Below the pieces are notes generated by a model. It made no database searches. It was not told the DNA's origin and was given only the letters and a program-made list of their open reading frames with translations. 64,000 bases of DNA, taken from NCBI GenBank assembly GCA_036677065.1, contig JAKFBS010000002.1, positions 736,001 through 800,000 of the forward strand, read 5' to 3'. Position 1 is the stretch's first letter, and the number at the start of each line of letters is the position of its first letter. The translations under genes and the position numbers were made by a program. This document shows, one piece after another, positions 50,284 through 61,000 of this stretch. This DNA is from Bdellovibrio sp. Lineage in GTDB: Bacteria; Bdellovibrionota; Bdellovibrionia; Bdellovibrionales; Bdellovibrionaceae.

Positions 50284-53097
50284 TTATTGCATCGGTGTAA
50301 GTTCTCTTGCGATTTCTTCCTTGAGGTAAGCTTCGATAACGTCGCCCACTTTTAGATCGTTGAAATTCTCGATGCCAATACCGCATTCAAATCCTTCTTG
50401 AACTTCTTTAGCATCGTCTTTGAAACGTTTAAGAGAAGAAACTTTACCTTCGTAAACAATCTTACCTTCACGCACCAAACGTAACATATTTGAACGTTGA
50501 ATTTTTCCAGACGTTACGAAACAACCTGCAATCATGCCGATTTTCGGAACGGTGAAAGTATTTCTAACTTCGGCTGAACCAACAGCTTTTTCAACGATTT
50601 GCGGAGCAAGTAAACCTTGCATCGCTTTTTTGATGTCATCCATCATTTCGTAAACAATCGTGTAGCTTCTGATGTCTACGCCGATTTGCTTAGCTTTGGC
50701 TTGCGCATTAGTATCAGGTCTAACGTTAAAACCGATCACGATACCTTTTGAAGTATGTGCTAGTAATACGTCATTTTCATTTACTCCGCCTACGCCAGAG
50801 TGAATTACTTTAGTTTTAACTTCCATAGAATTGGCTTTCGCAAGCATTCCTTGAATAGCTTCTAAAGAACCCTGAACGTCAGCTTTTAAAACGATGTTTA
50901 AATCTTTAACATCACCTTGAGTTACACGAGAGAATAAATCTTCAAGAGTCATTTTCTTGTGGAATTCTTTTTCTTTAAGAGTTTTATCTTTTCTGATTTG
51001 AACAACTTCTTCAGCTGTTTTTTCATCTTTCACAACGTCGAAGCGATCGCCCGCTGCAGGAACTCCATCAAGACCTAAGATTTCTGCCGGCATACCTGGC
51101 AACACTTCATCAATGCGCTCGCCTTTATCGTTGATTAACGATTTCACGCGGCCTTTCATTGAACCTGCTACGATGTACTGACCCACTTTAACGTGACCAT
51201 CTTTTACTAAGATAGTGGCTACAGGGCCTTTGCCTTTTTCAAGTTTGGCTTCAATAACTAATCCAGAACCAGAGTTTTTAGGATTAGCTTTTAACTCAGC
51301 CACTTCGGCTAATAGTTTAATATTTTCTAATAATTTATCGATACCAGTATGTTTCAATGCCGACACTTCAACAAAGATCGTATTACCGCCCCATTCTTCG
51401 GGAACGATTTCAAGCTCTGTTAATTGCTGTTTGATACGGTCTGGATTAGCCCCTGGCTTATCCATTTTATTAACGGCAACGATCATCGGAACACCCGCAG
51501 CTTTAGCGTGATTAATCGCTTCTGCAGTTTGTGGCATCATACCATCATCTGCAGCAACTACGATAATCGCAATATCAGTTGCATTGGCACCACGCGCACG
51601 CATTGCTGTGAACGCTTCATGGCCCGGAGTATCTAAGAATGTAATTAAAGATCCATCTGGAGCTGTTACTGAATACGCACCGATATGCTGAGTAATACCA
51701 CCGGCTTCGCCAGCAGCAACTTTTGCAGAACGGATAGCATCTAATAATGATGTTTTACCGTGATCGACGTGACCCATTACAGTCACAACCGGTGGACGGA
51801 TAATCACATCAGCTTCATCACCACTGAATGCTTTTTCAAGAACAACATCTTCAGCAGATTTGAATACGTTTTCTGCTTCCCAGCCGAAATCTCCGACAGT
51901 TAATGCAACTGTATCGAAATCTAAGTCAGTGTTCACATTGGCCATCACGCCATTTTTCATTAACACTTTAACTAGCTGAGCGGCTTTTAAGCCCATCTCT
52001 GCAGCCATATCACCTAATTTAATTTTTCCGTTAACTTTTAAAACACGTTTAGAAGCTTTAGGTTTCGTAATTTGAGTTTTTAAAGCCTCACGGTTTAACA
52101 CGGCTAATTTTTTCTTAGGTTGGAAAACCATTTCACGCTTACGGAATTCAACAGCATTGAAGCTTGATACAAGTGATTCTTGTTCTTTTTCTTTAGCCGA
52201 GATTCCAGTTGCTTGTGAGAACGTGCGCGATTTTTTATCACGATCACGTCTTGTATCTTCAGTAAAATTCGGAGTTGGCGCATCAGGAATAGTTTGTTGA
52301 GCTACGAAGCCCGGACGAATATTTCTTGCACTGCTTGGACCACCAGGACGAGGAGTAAATCCACCGCCACCGCCGCCACCTGGGCTGCGTTGAAATCCGC
52401 CACCCTGTGGGCGATTTCCTTGATATCCACCCGTGTTTGTTGCGCCCGGAGGAGCTTGAACACGGCTTAAATCCATACGACCGATAATATTTCTTCTAGA
52501 GGCAACTGCAGTAGAGCTTGCAACACCGCTATCACCGATAGCGACTTCTTTTTTACGCGCAACAACCGGGGCTGCAGGTGCAGCTGGTGCAGCCGGAGCC
52601 GCTGGCGCTACTGGAGGAGCCACTGGAGCTGCTGCTGCAACTTCAGGTTTTGGCTCAGCTTTAACTTCAGCCACCACAGGTGTTGGCGCTGCTGGAGCTT
52701 CGACTTCTGCAACTTCAGGAGCTTCTTCAGGTTTTGAAATCACGCGTGCTTTGATTTCAACAGCTGGTTCAGCTTCTTTTGTTTTACGCCGAATAACATT
52801 TGCTTTTGGCGCTTCCGCCGCCGGAGCTTCAACTGAGGCGGCTGCTTTTTTAGCCGCTTTTGGCGCTGCCGCAGCTTTAGGAGCAGCGGCTTTTCTAGTC
52901 GCTGCCTTTTTTGGTTTTTCATCTGTCGCAGACTCAGCCGGAGCAGAAAGTTTAGCCTTTAATGTGGCTAACACTTCAGGCTCTAGTTCAGCCATGTGAT
53001 TTTTAATCGGTAAATGCCATTCTTTGATTTTGTCCATCAAAGCTAATGGGGTCATCCCGACTTCTTTTGCGAATTCAAAAACTTTTGGATTACTCAC
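50284..53097 (-). CDS. infB: Translation initiation factor IF-2
   Basis: [13 protein letters not shown] and NKMD; long Ala/Pro-rich N-terminus. Confidence 0.99.
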   Translation of the reverse strand: MSNPKVFEFAKEVGMTPLALMDKIKEWHLPIKNHMAELEPEVLATLKAKLSAPAESATDEKPKKAATRKAAAPKAAAAPKAAKKAAASVEAPAAEAPKANVIRRKTKEAEPAVEIKARVISKPEEAPEVAEVEAPAAPTPVVAEVKAEPKPEVAAAAPVAPPVAPAAPAAPAAPAAPVVARKKEVAIGDSGVASSTAVASRRNIIGRMDLSRVQAPPGATNTGGYQGNRPQGGGFQRSPGGGGGGGFTPRPGGPSSARNIRPGFVAQQTIPDAPTPNFTEDTRRDRDKKSRTFSQATGISAKEKEQESLVSSFNAVEFRKREMVFQPKKKLAVLNREALKTQITKPKASKRVLKVNGKIKLGDMAAEMGLKAAQLVKVLMKNGVMANVNTDLDFDTVALTVGDFGWEAENVFKSAEDVVLEKAFSGDEADVIIRPPVVTVMGHVDHGKTSLLDAIRSAKVAAGEAGGITQHIGAYSVTAPDGSLITFLDTPGHEAFTAMRARGANATDIAIIVVAADDGMMPQTAEAINHAKAAGVPMIVAVNKMDKPGANPDRIKQQLTELEIVPEEWGGNTIFVEVSALKHTGIDKLLENIKLLAEVAELKANPKNSGSGLVIEAKLEKGKGPVATILVKDGHVKVGQYIVAGSMKGRVKSLINDKGERIDEVLPGMPAEILGLDGVPAAGDRFDVVKDEKTAEEVVQIRKDKTLKEKEFHKKMTLEDLFSRVTQGDVKDLNIVLKADVQGSLEAIQGMLAKANSMEVKTKVIHSGVGGVNENDVLLAHTSKGIVIGFNVRPDTNAQAKAKQIGVDIRSYTIVYEMMDDIKKAMQGLLAPQIVEKAVGSAEVRNTFTVPKIGMIAGCFVTSGKIQRSNMLRLVREGKIVYEGKVSSLKRFKDDAKEVQEGFECGIGIENFNDLKVGDVIEAYLKEEIARELTPMQ

Positions 53098-53129
53098 GCG
53101 TAAATACCTTTTTTCTTCTTAACGAGAAC

Positions 53130-54524
53130 CTAGTTCTCGTCCGATTTTAGCTTAGATAATTCAGCTTTTAACTGATCTTCTGCTCTTTGTTTAACCGATG
53201 ATCCGGCTTCTTTAGCAGCTTGTAATTGTGGTGAAGTCGGAACAGGTAAACCTTGTTCTTTGTACTTCTCAATTAAGGCTGCAGCATCAGAAATTAACTT
53301 CTGAGCTTTGTCTTGGTCTTCGTAACCAGGAATTGTCATAATTTCTTCAGCAGATGCTTTTGCTAAAGATTGGAAAGATCCGAAACCTGATTGTAAAATA
53401 TTTTGCGCCATCGTTTCGTTCATACCTGGTAATAACATCAAGTTGAAAATCGACTCAGCCGTACGAGATTGTACAGAAGTCGTAGAAATAATATCTAATT
53501 TCCAACCAGTTAATTTTGCCGCTAAACGAACGTTTTGGCCTTTTTTACCGATAGCTAAAGATAACTGAGAATCCGGAACAACGATTTCCATCTCTTTATT
53601 TTCTTCATCTAAGTAAACTTTAGCAATTTCAGCAGGAGCTAAAGCATTACATGCAAAGCGTGTAACATCTTCGTCCCATAAAACGATATCGATTTTTTCG
53701 CCACGTAATTCCTGAACGATATTTTGAACGCGTGAACCTTTCATACCAACACAAGCTCCCACTGGGTCTACTGAGTTGTCATTTGAACGAACGGCGATTT
53801 TTGCACGTTGTCCCGGTTCACGAGCCGCTGACATAATTTCAACGATGTCGTCATAAATTTCTGGAACTTCCATTTCGAATAATTTAACTAAATAACGTGA
53901 ATCTGCACGCGACATGATAATTTGTGGGCCACGTGTTGTTTGACGAACTTCAGATAAATAACCTTGAATACGATCACCTGGTTTGAAAATTTCGCCAGGA
54001 ATTTGTTCACGCGGTGGAATGTGGGCTTCAGTGCGGCCTAAGTCTACAACGATCGCGCCTTTTTCAACACGACGTGCGATACCAGAAGCTACTTCACCTT
54101 TACGCTCTTCAAATTCAGAGAAAATGATTTCGCGTTCAGCATCACGTACTTTTTGTAAAATAATTTGTTTAGCAGTTTGAGCTGCAATACGACCCAAATC
54201 GCCAGATTCTAATTTAATACCGATTGAATCGTCTAATTGAGCACCTGGATCAAGTTTTAAAGCTTCATCAAGAGGAATTTCAACTTCTTCATCGATAAAT
54301 TTTTCGCGTAAAACTACTTCTTTAAATTCGTAAAGTTCAACTTCACCAGTCTCTTCGTTATATTGCGCTTCAATTTCACGGTAAGTACCGTATTTTTTTC
54401 TAGCAGCAACAAGCATCGCTTGTTTAACAGCATCAACGATAACAGCTTTATCGATACCTTTGTCTTTTCCAACTTGGTCGATAACTTTTGATAGATCGTT
54501 TATGTTTAGTACATTTTCTGCCAT
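53130..54524 (-). CDS. nusA: Transcription termination/antitermination factor NusA
   Basis: GRIAAQTAKQ, S1 and KH domains (DPVGACVG, AIGKKGQN), one C-terminal HhH-like repeat. Confidence 0.98.
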   Translation of the reverse strand: MAENVLNINDLSKVIDQVGKDKGIDKAVIVDAVKQAMLVAARKKYGTYREIEAQYNEETGEVELYEFKEVVLREKFIDEEVEIPLDEALKLDPGAQLDDSIGIKLESGDLGRIAAQTAKQIILQKVRDAEREIIFSEFEERKGEVASGIARRVEKGAIVVDLGRTEAHIPPREQIPGEIFKPGDRIQGYLSEVRQTTRGPQIIMSRADSRYLVKLFEMEVPEIYDDIVEIMSAAREPGQRAKIAVRSNDNSVDPVGACVGMKGSRVQNIVQELRGEKIDIVLWDEDVTRFACNALAPAEIAKVYLDEENKEMEIVVPDSQLSLAIGKKGQNVRLAAKLTGWKLDIISTTSVQSRTAESIFNLMLLPGMNETMAQNILQSGFGSFQSLAKASAEEIMTIPGYEDQDKAQKLISDAAALIEKYKEQGLPVPTSPQLQAAKEAGSSVKQRAEDQLKAELSKLKSDEN

Positions 54525-54559
54525 AGTAACCCTCTCTATTTACGCCTAAGAATAGTTAA

Positions 54560-55147
54560 TTAAAACTTCTTCTTAGTACCTTTTGTATTCTCTTTAAAAT
54601 CAAAAACTAATTTTGCCTTTTGAACTAAGTTCAATGGCACTTTTAAAGTTTCCTGTCTGAAGTCGAAAACTAAATTTTCGCCATCAACAGCTTTTAAAAC
54701 TTCTTCGAACTTTTTTGTCAGTTGAATCGCTTTTTCTTGGGCCCCTAAAGAACCTAAATTTTGATCCATCTGAACAAAAATCTTTTTACCCACCACTTTT
54801 TCAAAGTGATATTTGGTTTTTAACTGACGATCTAAACCAGGGCTTGATACTTCTAAACTGTAAGCTCCGCCGGGAACGATCTCTGGGCCACCTTCAACAT
54901 CAAGAACTTCATTTAATGCCCGCGCCACGTTCGAACAATCTTCGATACCCACGCCTGTTGTTACAGTGCCGTCTTCATGTGTTGTTGTAGTTTGCTTATC
55001 AATAAAGATTCTAAGAACACGAGCGTTACCAGAACCGGATACTTCGACATCATAAAGTTCACACCCTTGTTTTTGGGCGATGTCGCTCACTATAGTTTCA
55101 ATTTTTTTTACCCAAGGCTCTTGCGAGCTAGTGTTCTTTTGTTCCAA
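54560..55147 (-). CDS. rimP: Ribosome maturation factor RimP
   Basis: LRIFID, IEDC and YSLEVSSPGLDR; TTG start with AAGGA RBS. Confidence 0.93.
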   Translation of the reverse strand: MEQKNTSSQEPWVKKIETIVSDIAQKQGCELYDVEVSGSGNARVLRIFIDKQTTTTHEDGTVTTGVGIEDCSNVARALNEVLDVEGGPEIVPGGAYSLEVSSPGLDRQLKTKYHFEKVVGKKIFVQMDQNLGSLGAQEKAIQLTKKFEEVLKAVDGENLVFDFRQETLKVPLNLVQKAKLVFDFKENTKGTKKKF

Positions 55148-55182
55148 CTAACGTTTCCTTATATTAACTTTTACGACCCCTT

Positions 55183-55212
55183 AAAAACAAAAAAGACCTC
55201 AAAGGGTCTTTT
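55183..55212 (-). terminator. Second terminator-like hairpin in the rimP leader
   Basis: Minus strand AAAAGACC-CTTTGA-GGTCTTTT followed by TTGTTTTT. Confidence 0.65.
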
Positions 55213-55242
55213 CGTAACCATCCATTAAAGATGGCTGAGGCC

Positions 55243-55271
55243 AAAAAAAATTGGGCTTTAAGGGCCCAATT
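55243..55271 (-). promoter_or_regulatory. rimP leader attenuator (terminator hairpin)
   Basis: Minus strand AATTGGGC-CCTTAAA-GCCCAATT-TTTTTT, matching the GGGC/GCCC-U-tract rimP leader pattern. Confidence 0.75.
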
Positions 55272-55279
55272 CAGACTCA

Positions 55280-55308
55280 AAGCTATCAAATGATTGTCAG
55301 ATTGGCAA
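55280..55308 (-). promoter_or_regulatory. sigma70 promoter of the rimP-nusA-infB operon
   Basis: TTGCCA-N17-TAGCTT with a TG extended -10, immediately upstream of the leader hairpin. Confidence 0.65.
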
Positions 55309-55309
55309 T

Positions 55310-55762
55310 CTATATATGTTCAGCATATTGGAAAGTCAGAGCATCAGAGCGATCTAGATAGTAAGCTTTACGAGTTCCGATTTGTTTAAAGCCTGATTTC
55401 TTATATAAGCTAATTGCAGACAGGTTTTGGCTGTGAACCTCTAGTAACAATGGTTTGGACGCCTTGCGACTATTGTCCTGTAATTCGCGCAAAAGCAGGC
55501 TCATAACGTTTTTACGACGGGCCCAGCGTGCCGTGCCCAGCGCCATAATCTCGTAACAGTCTTCATTATTACGGTAAGCAATGAACCCACAAATCCGATT
55601 ATCATCATCACGACAGATCAGAAATGCTGACATCACCAGCTCAATTTGGATGTTTTCCATGGGCCAATTGAATTCGGCCTTGTTTGGAACCGAGTCATAA
55701 ACTTCGAAAAATAACTCGGTAAGCTCTTTATATTCCGAAGCGGATGCGACTTTTAAAGTCAT
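55310..55762 (-). CDS. GNAT acetyltransferase, RimI-like
   Basis: LLEVHSQNLSAISLYKKSGFKQIGTRKAYY...DA. Confidence 0.8.
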   Translation of the reverse strand: MTLKVASASEYKELTELFFEVYDSVPNKAEFNWPMENIQIELVMSAFLICRDDDNRICGFIAYRNNEDCYEIMALGTARWARRKNVMSLLLRELQDNSRKASKPLLLEVHSQNLSAISLYKKSGFKQIGTRKAYYLDRSDALTFQYAEHI

Positions 55763-56249
55763 TTGATTTCCACCCTAGCGAGTATTTACGTTTTAAAACC
55801 ACTAGCCAGGCAATGATCGCCTGGCGATTTTGCAGTTGGCGTTCCTTGATCGTTACGATCTCGGCCACGCGAAACATTCTTTGAATTTCGTTTTTTACAG
55901 CTTCTGCTTTTTTGCCATTATCTGGATATTTATAGCTCTGCATATAGCGTTCAACGATTTTAGGATCCGCCTGGATATCCAATTGATCGGCTTCACGCAA
56001 AGCTAAACTGCTGAATAGGTAAAACTCGGCACTGTCTTCAAATGATTTTAATACGGCAGGAGAAAAAAAGCGCTCCATTGATTTTGCGACATCTTCAAAA
56101 ATTTTAAAATCGTAATTAGTGCGGCCATCACCGTTCATATCAAAAAGAAGCTCATCGACTGTGACAATACCAGCACTTGGTTTTTGCACGGCGTGCGCGA
56201 ACTGAACGGAAATCAAAATAAATGAAACTAAAAATAAACGAATCAACAT
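55728..56249 (-). CDS. Hypothetical secreted helical protein (weak SurA N-terminal resemblance)
   Basis: Signal peptide ending AHA, mostly helical; TGcTATAAT 6 nt before the ATG. Confidence 0.55.
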   Translation of the reverse strand: MLIRLFLVSFILISVQFAHAVQKPSAGIVTVDELLFDMNGDGRTNYDFKIFEDVAKSMERFFSPAVLKSFEDSAEFYLFSSLALREADQLDIQADPKIVERYMQSYKYPDNGKKAEAVKNEIQRMFRVAEIVTIKERQLQNRQAIIAWLVVLKRKYSLGWKSNDFKSRIRFGI

Positions 56250-56325
56250 GTCGATATTATAGCATTAAAATTACTTTAAAAAATCTAAAACTAGATCTTT
56301 ACGCTTCATTTCATCAACAGGCCTA

Positions 56326-56360
56326 TAAAAACAAAACCCACATCTCAGATAAGATGTGGG
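56326..56360 (-). terminator. Intrinsic terminator
   Basis: CCCACATCT-N6-AGATGTGGG with a TTTTGTTTTT tail on the minus strand. Confidence 0.75.
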
Positions 56361-56391
56361 CCATAAGATTCAGGTAGTTTGTCTTAGTAAC

Positions 56392-57522
56392 TTAGAAATT
56401 AACGCGGGCGAATAAACCCGTTGTGAAGTATTGCAATTGCTCAACCGGAGTTGAACCTGCTGCAGTAGCTCCGCTGATTTTGTTCGACATATTGTACATG
56501 TACTTCATGTCAAAACCTGCAGACATTTTGTCGTTAAATTCTAAATCAATACCAGCGATTAAACCTAAGTCGATCGCATGTGATGTTCCGAATTCAGTTC
56601 CTGCTGCACCGTAAGCCGTGTTGTTATTAGCAACGTATTCTCTGTATGAATAGGCGATTAAACCACCAACTACTGGACGAACAAAACCGCCAATTAATTG
56701 GTACTTAGTTGAAATGATACCTTGGTATTGGTTCATATCAAAGTTAGCTGAACGAGTGTAAAACCCATCAACGTACTTAGCGTTTAAAGTGTAATTAGAA
56801 TATAAAAATGACCCTTCAACTAAGAAGTAGTCAAAACGTGTACCGAAACCAGCACCTAATGCATAGTTGCCTTTGACTGCATCTACATCAGGGTATTGGC
56901 CAATCGCTGCAGTGGCTGTGAAGTACTTTTGTTCTAAAGAAGGCATGATAGCTTTATCATCTTCAGTTAACGCGGCACGAACTTCTTCACGAACTGCATC
57001 GCGAGTTAAAGTTTCGTTTTGGTTAATAATGATAGGCTGAACTTGAGAAGATGGTGCTTCTACCGGAGCAACTTGTTGAACTTGAACAGGTTGTACTGGT
57101 TGAGCTTGTTGATTTTGAAGAGCATCAAACTTATCACCGAATAAAATCGATGCGCGTTTTTTCTCGTCTTCCATACGGCTTTGCTCAAGCTTTTCAACGA
57201 TTTTTGATTCAGTTCTTAATTCTTCTTCTTGGCGACCACGGCGGATGCTATCTGCACGTGAGTTGCTTAAAGGCGAACCTTCAACTGTCGTCTCTGGCTG
57301 TTTTTGCACCGCTGGTAGCGATTGCTGTGGCACCACAACTGTTTGTGTAACAACAGCGCCAGTAGACGCGTTAGTGTCTGCTTTTGGTGCGTTGTACATC
57401 TGTTCGATTTCTGAATCGACTTCAGCATTTAATTCATTAGCTGCAGACGATTGAGCTTTTGCCATTTCTGCAAACATTAGGTTCGCTAAAATCGCAGCGG
57501 CGATGGTTAATGATAGTTTCAT
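56392..57522 (-). CDS. Outer-membrane beta-barrel protein with coiled-coil/Gln-rich periplasmic N-terminus
   Basis: Signal peptide, charged coiled coil, QPVQ low-complexity region, about 8-strand barrel ending ARVNF; GGGGAG RBS. Confidence 0.7.
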   Translation of the reverse strand: MKLSLTIAAAILANLMFAEMAKAQSSAANELNAEVDSEIEQMYNAPKADTNASTGAVVTQTVVVPQQSLPAVQKQPETTVEGSPLSNSRADSIRRGRQEEELRTESKIVEKLEQSRMEDEKKRASILFGDKFDALQNQQAQPVQPVQVQQVAPVEAPSSQVQPIIINQNETLTRDAVREEVRAALTEDDKAIMPSLEQKYFTATAAIGQYPDVDAVKGNYALGAGFGTRFDYFLVEGSFLYSNYTLNAKYVDGFYTRSANFDMNQYQGIISTKYQLIGGFVRPVVGGLIAYSYREYVANNNTAYGAAGTEFGTSHAIDLGLIAGIDLEFNDKMSAGFDMKYMYNMSNKISGATAAGSTPVEQLQYFTTGLFARVNF

Positions 57523-57577
57523 ATATACTCCCCTGATCTTTTTTTTAACTCTGTCTTTTTACTACAGAGAATCAAAT

Positions 57578-57595
57578 TAGCAACCTAAGTGCCAA
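57578..57595 (-). promoter_or_regulatory. sigma54 (-24/-12) promoter
   Basis: TTGGCACTTAGGTTGCTA matches TGGCAC-N5-TTGCW, about 55 bp upstream of ATG 57522. Confidence 0.75.
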
Positions 57596-57796
57596 TAAAT
57601 GTAGCTTTTTCCAAACTGCTGACAATTATTGTAACTGCTTGGAAGCATTGGTTTTTCTCTATGGCGGCTCAATATTTAGGTGTTTAGCTCAATTGAAAGA
57701 AGGTGACGATGATTCGGTCATCCTTGAAAAAAATACTTGAACAGCATGCCTTGGTGCCATTAAGTTAGAACATCTTAATGTCTATATATTGTCGGT

Positions 57797-57883
57797 GGCT
57801 CGGTGATGAAATTGGTAGACTTGCTAGACTCAAAATCTTGTGGGAGCAATCCCGTGTCGGTTCGATTCCGACCCGAGCCACCA
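57797..57883 (+). tRNA. tRNA-Leu(CAA)
   Basis: Acceptor stem GGCTCGG/CCGAGCC plus ACCA, D-loop AATTGGTAGA, anticodon loop CTCAAAA, long variable arm GGGA-GCAA-TCCC, T-arm GTCGG-TTCGATT-CCGAC. Confidence 0.95.
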
Positions 57884-57902
57884 AATTTCCTACTTTTGCT
57901 TC

Positions 57903-57936
57903 AATAAAAAAAGACGGCTCTTTGTAGAGCCGTCTT
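57903..57936 (-). terminator. Intrinsic terminator between the LVIVD operon and the tRNA
   Basis: Perfect 11-bp stem AAGACGGCTCT-TTGT-AGAGCCGTCTT with a T tract on the minus strand. Confidence 0.8.
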
Positions 57937-58069
57937 AGTGTGAAGAACGCCGTTGATTGCGTCATTTGAATGTACTTTCAGTATCGGTTAAGAAAAAAGA
58001 ATTGAAAGACCGCTGGACCTAGTTTCTGCTTACTCAGCTCTGCCGAGTAACCAAAAATTTATTTTGCTG

Positions 58070-61000
58070 TTATTGGCCGACTTGAACCCAATTAGTGCCA
58101 TCGCAATATTTATACACATTAGAGACGCTGTTATAGTCTAAGGCGCCGGGTTTTCCGGTAGGCGACGAACAACCCGGCCCGGCGGCTCCGCCCAATGGCG
58201 ACATCGAGTAATAGTTGTTCTCTGAACAAAACTTTAAAACGTTATTAACTGTATCGTAATCCATAAGTCGCTCAGTGCTACAAGTACCTACTATTAGAGG
58301 AGGGGTAATATCAAACACCGAAGACGAGGACAAAGCAGAGTCTGTGGTAAACAATTTATTTCCCACAAGTTTAGTAAAATAACGAGCCGTACTCTGCACA
58401 GATAAAGTATCAATGATTTTTGGCGCTGACGCTACACTCACGTCAACCATGGTCACGTAGTTATTATTAACCACAATCACATTGGTTCCAGAAACTACCA
58501 CATCATAAATTGTTCCCCCAAAAGATGTCGTATTTTGCAGGGAACCCGCTAAAGTCATTGATGCCGGATTAGTAATATCAATCACATTAAAATAACCATT
58601 GGTTGTTCCAACCATGTAAGCGTAATTATTAGATGCCGCTAACTCGATATTTCTACAACCGGCAAACTTCGTTGTATCCTGCAATGAGTTTGAAATAGCC
58701 AATAAAGACTTATTAGAAATATCAATATTGGTAATTCGCGAATTTGCCGAAGCACAGGTAAAGGCATTGTTGCCAGAAATAGCGAAACCCTGTGGGGATG
58801 ACAAATAGGTGGAATCGGCAATTCCATCCTTTTGAACCGGCGTGGTGGCGCTAGTCACATCATAAACCATAAAGCCACCACCGGTTCCGTAAAGGTAATT
58901 GCCTTCTACTCTCATAAATTGTGTATTTTGCAATTCAGAAAATTTTGAAATCGTCGCCACTTTCTTCGGCGCAGCGGGATTAGAAATATCAAAGACCATA
59001 GCTCCATATGTAGCGCTTCCGGCGATATAGGCATAATTTCCAGAAATCGTGATATCATAAGGTGCAGTGTAAAAATACTGCGAATCGCCAAAAAAAGTTG
59101 AACTAACTAGTGTGGCACTGGCCACGTTTGAGATATCAAAAATATTTAAATAACGATTTCCAGTAGAAAAATAAGCGTAATTACCGACAATATCTACTCC
59201 ACGCACAGAGTTTAACGCTGTGGCGCCACCAAAACGACGAGGCAACCCCAGCAAAGATAACGATTGTGTACTGCCCACATTGATTCCACCTTGCACAAAA
59301 CTAAGAACTCGATTTCCAACAAGCACAGATTCCTCAATATAACTATCTATTGGTGTACTATAGACCGATACCGGCTGCAAGGGATCGAAAATATCTAAAG
59401 TGTACATAGATCCATCGCTGCGACAGAAAATACGGCTGGGATCGCCCGTATTAGCAAGGACTGTACAATAATAACCCGACGAATAAACCCCAGCAAAGCT
59501 CGGAGATGCTGGATTAGAAACATCAAGCATCAACAGATTGTAAGTTCCTCTGGCAATATAAGCGATATTATTTGCAACGACCATCGAATCTGTAAGCATG
59601 CCCGTTGTGATATAAGCGCTGTTCGTGTAGGTGCCGACAATTGCAGGTGCTGTGGGAGTTGATATATCCACAACAACAAATGAATTCGTCGTACCGCAAG
59701 TCATATAAAGATAATTACCCTGCATCTCCATATCATTACATAAGCTTATTAAAGCATGCGTAAGACTGGTCACGTGCACAGGGTTAGCTCCTGAAATATC
59801 CAAAACAGAAAGTTTATTTCCTCCAACAAAAGCATAATTTCCTGAAACTCTGATCGTCTTAGCCGAAGCCAGATTCGTAGCATCTGCTAAATACCCGCTG
59901 ATGGTAGGCGATGTCGGCGTGCTCACGCTGACAGCGGTAATATATCCGCTTCCTATAGTAAAAACTCTGGTACCTGAAACCACATTTCGTTGTGCTGTAT
60001 TTAATTTGGTGGCATCAGTCAAAACACTGACCACCGCAGGGCTTGCAGGCGTTGATATATCAATACTTAAAAATTTACCAATGGAAGTAACATAGGCATA
60101 ATTGCCAGACCCTGAAATTCCACCGACAGTTCCGATCTGATTTGGCCCTTGCGAAAAATTTTGCAACACCGGCGGAGCTGACGCTGTATAAGAACGAAAC
60201 CCTGTTCCAGTGCCTGTGTATAAATAGCCGCCAGATATATCTAAGCCGGAGTAGCCATCGCTAGTTATGTAAGACTGAAAAGTCGGTGAAGCCGGAGATG
60301 TAATACTGACTGCACTGAAACGACTGCCAAGCACGTAAGCTATACTTCCACTGATCTTAACACGTTTTGCATTCGACAAATTTGTTGCATCTAATAAAGA
60401 ACTCGCGACAACTGGAGCTGAAATAGTTGAAATATCGATTGCCGTCAGACGGTTAGTTGCTGCCACATAGGCATAGTTTCCTAATACATCAAGATCTGCA
60501 GCACCGGCCAAAGCTGTCGCATCGACAACATTGCCAACAATTGTTGGCGCAGCTTTGTTTGTCACGTCGACAATGGTTAACTTTGTTCCAGTGGCTTCTG
60601 GAACAAAAACATAATTGCCAGAAACTTTTAAATATCTCAGGGTACCAGTAATTGCCGCAGTACCCACCACCGTTGGATTTGTTTTATTAGTTACATCGAC
60701 AATAGTAAGACCACCACTTCTAACCACATAAACATAATTTCCATCAACCTCGATACCATACGCCTGACCTAAATTACTTGATGTCACTGTTCCCACGATT
60801 TGGGGATAATCAGGATTACTGGCCACATCGACCACAAACACGCGCTGCGAATTCACTTCAGAGATATAGGCATAACTTCCATCAAAAGCCACACCTTGTG
60901 AATATCGGTTTGTATAGCCTGGCATATAGGCTATACCCTTAGCTACGATACTGGCCGGATTTGTCACATCGAAAGTGTACATCACTTCACTACTATCGAT

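Noticed and set aside
52540..52900. GCTGCA/GGAGC-type short repeats
   Set aside because: These encode the Ala/Pro low-complexity linker of IF-2 and are not an independent repeat element.
48752..53130. Absence of ribF and ylxR-type genes from the nusA-infB-truB-rpsO cluster
   Set aside because: Gene-order variation here is common, and loss cannot be judged from one window.
57765..57965. 66-aa minus-strand ORF
   Set aside because: It is an antisense translation of tRNA-Leu.
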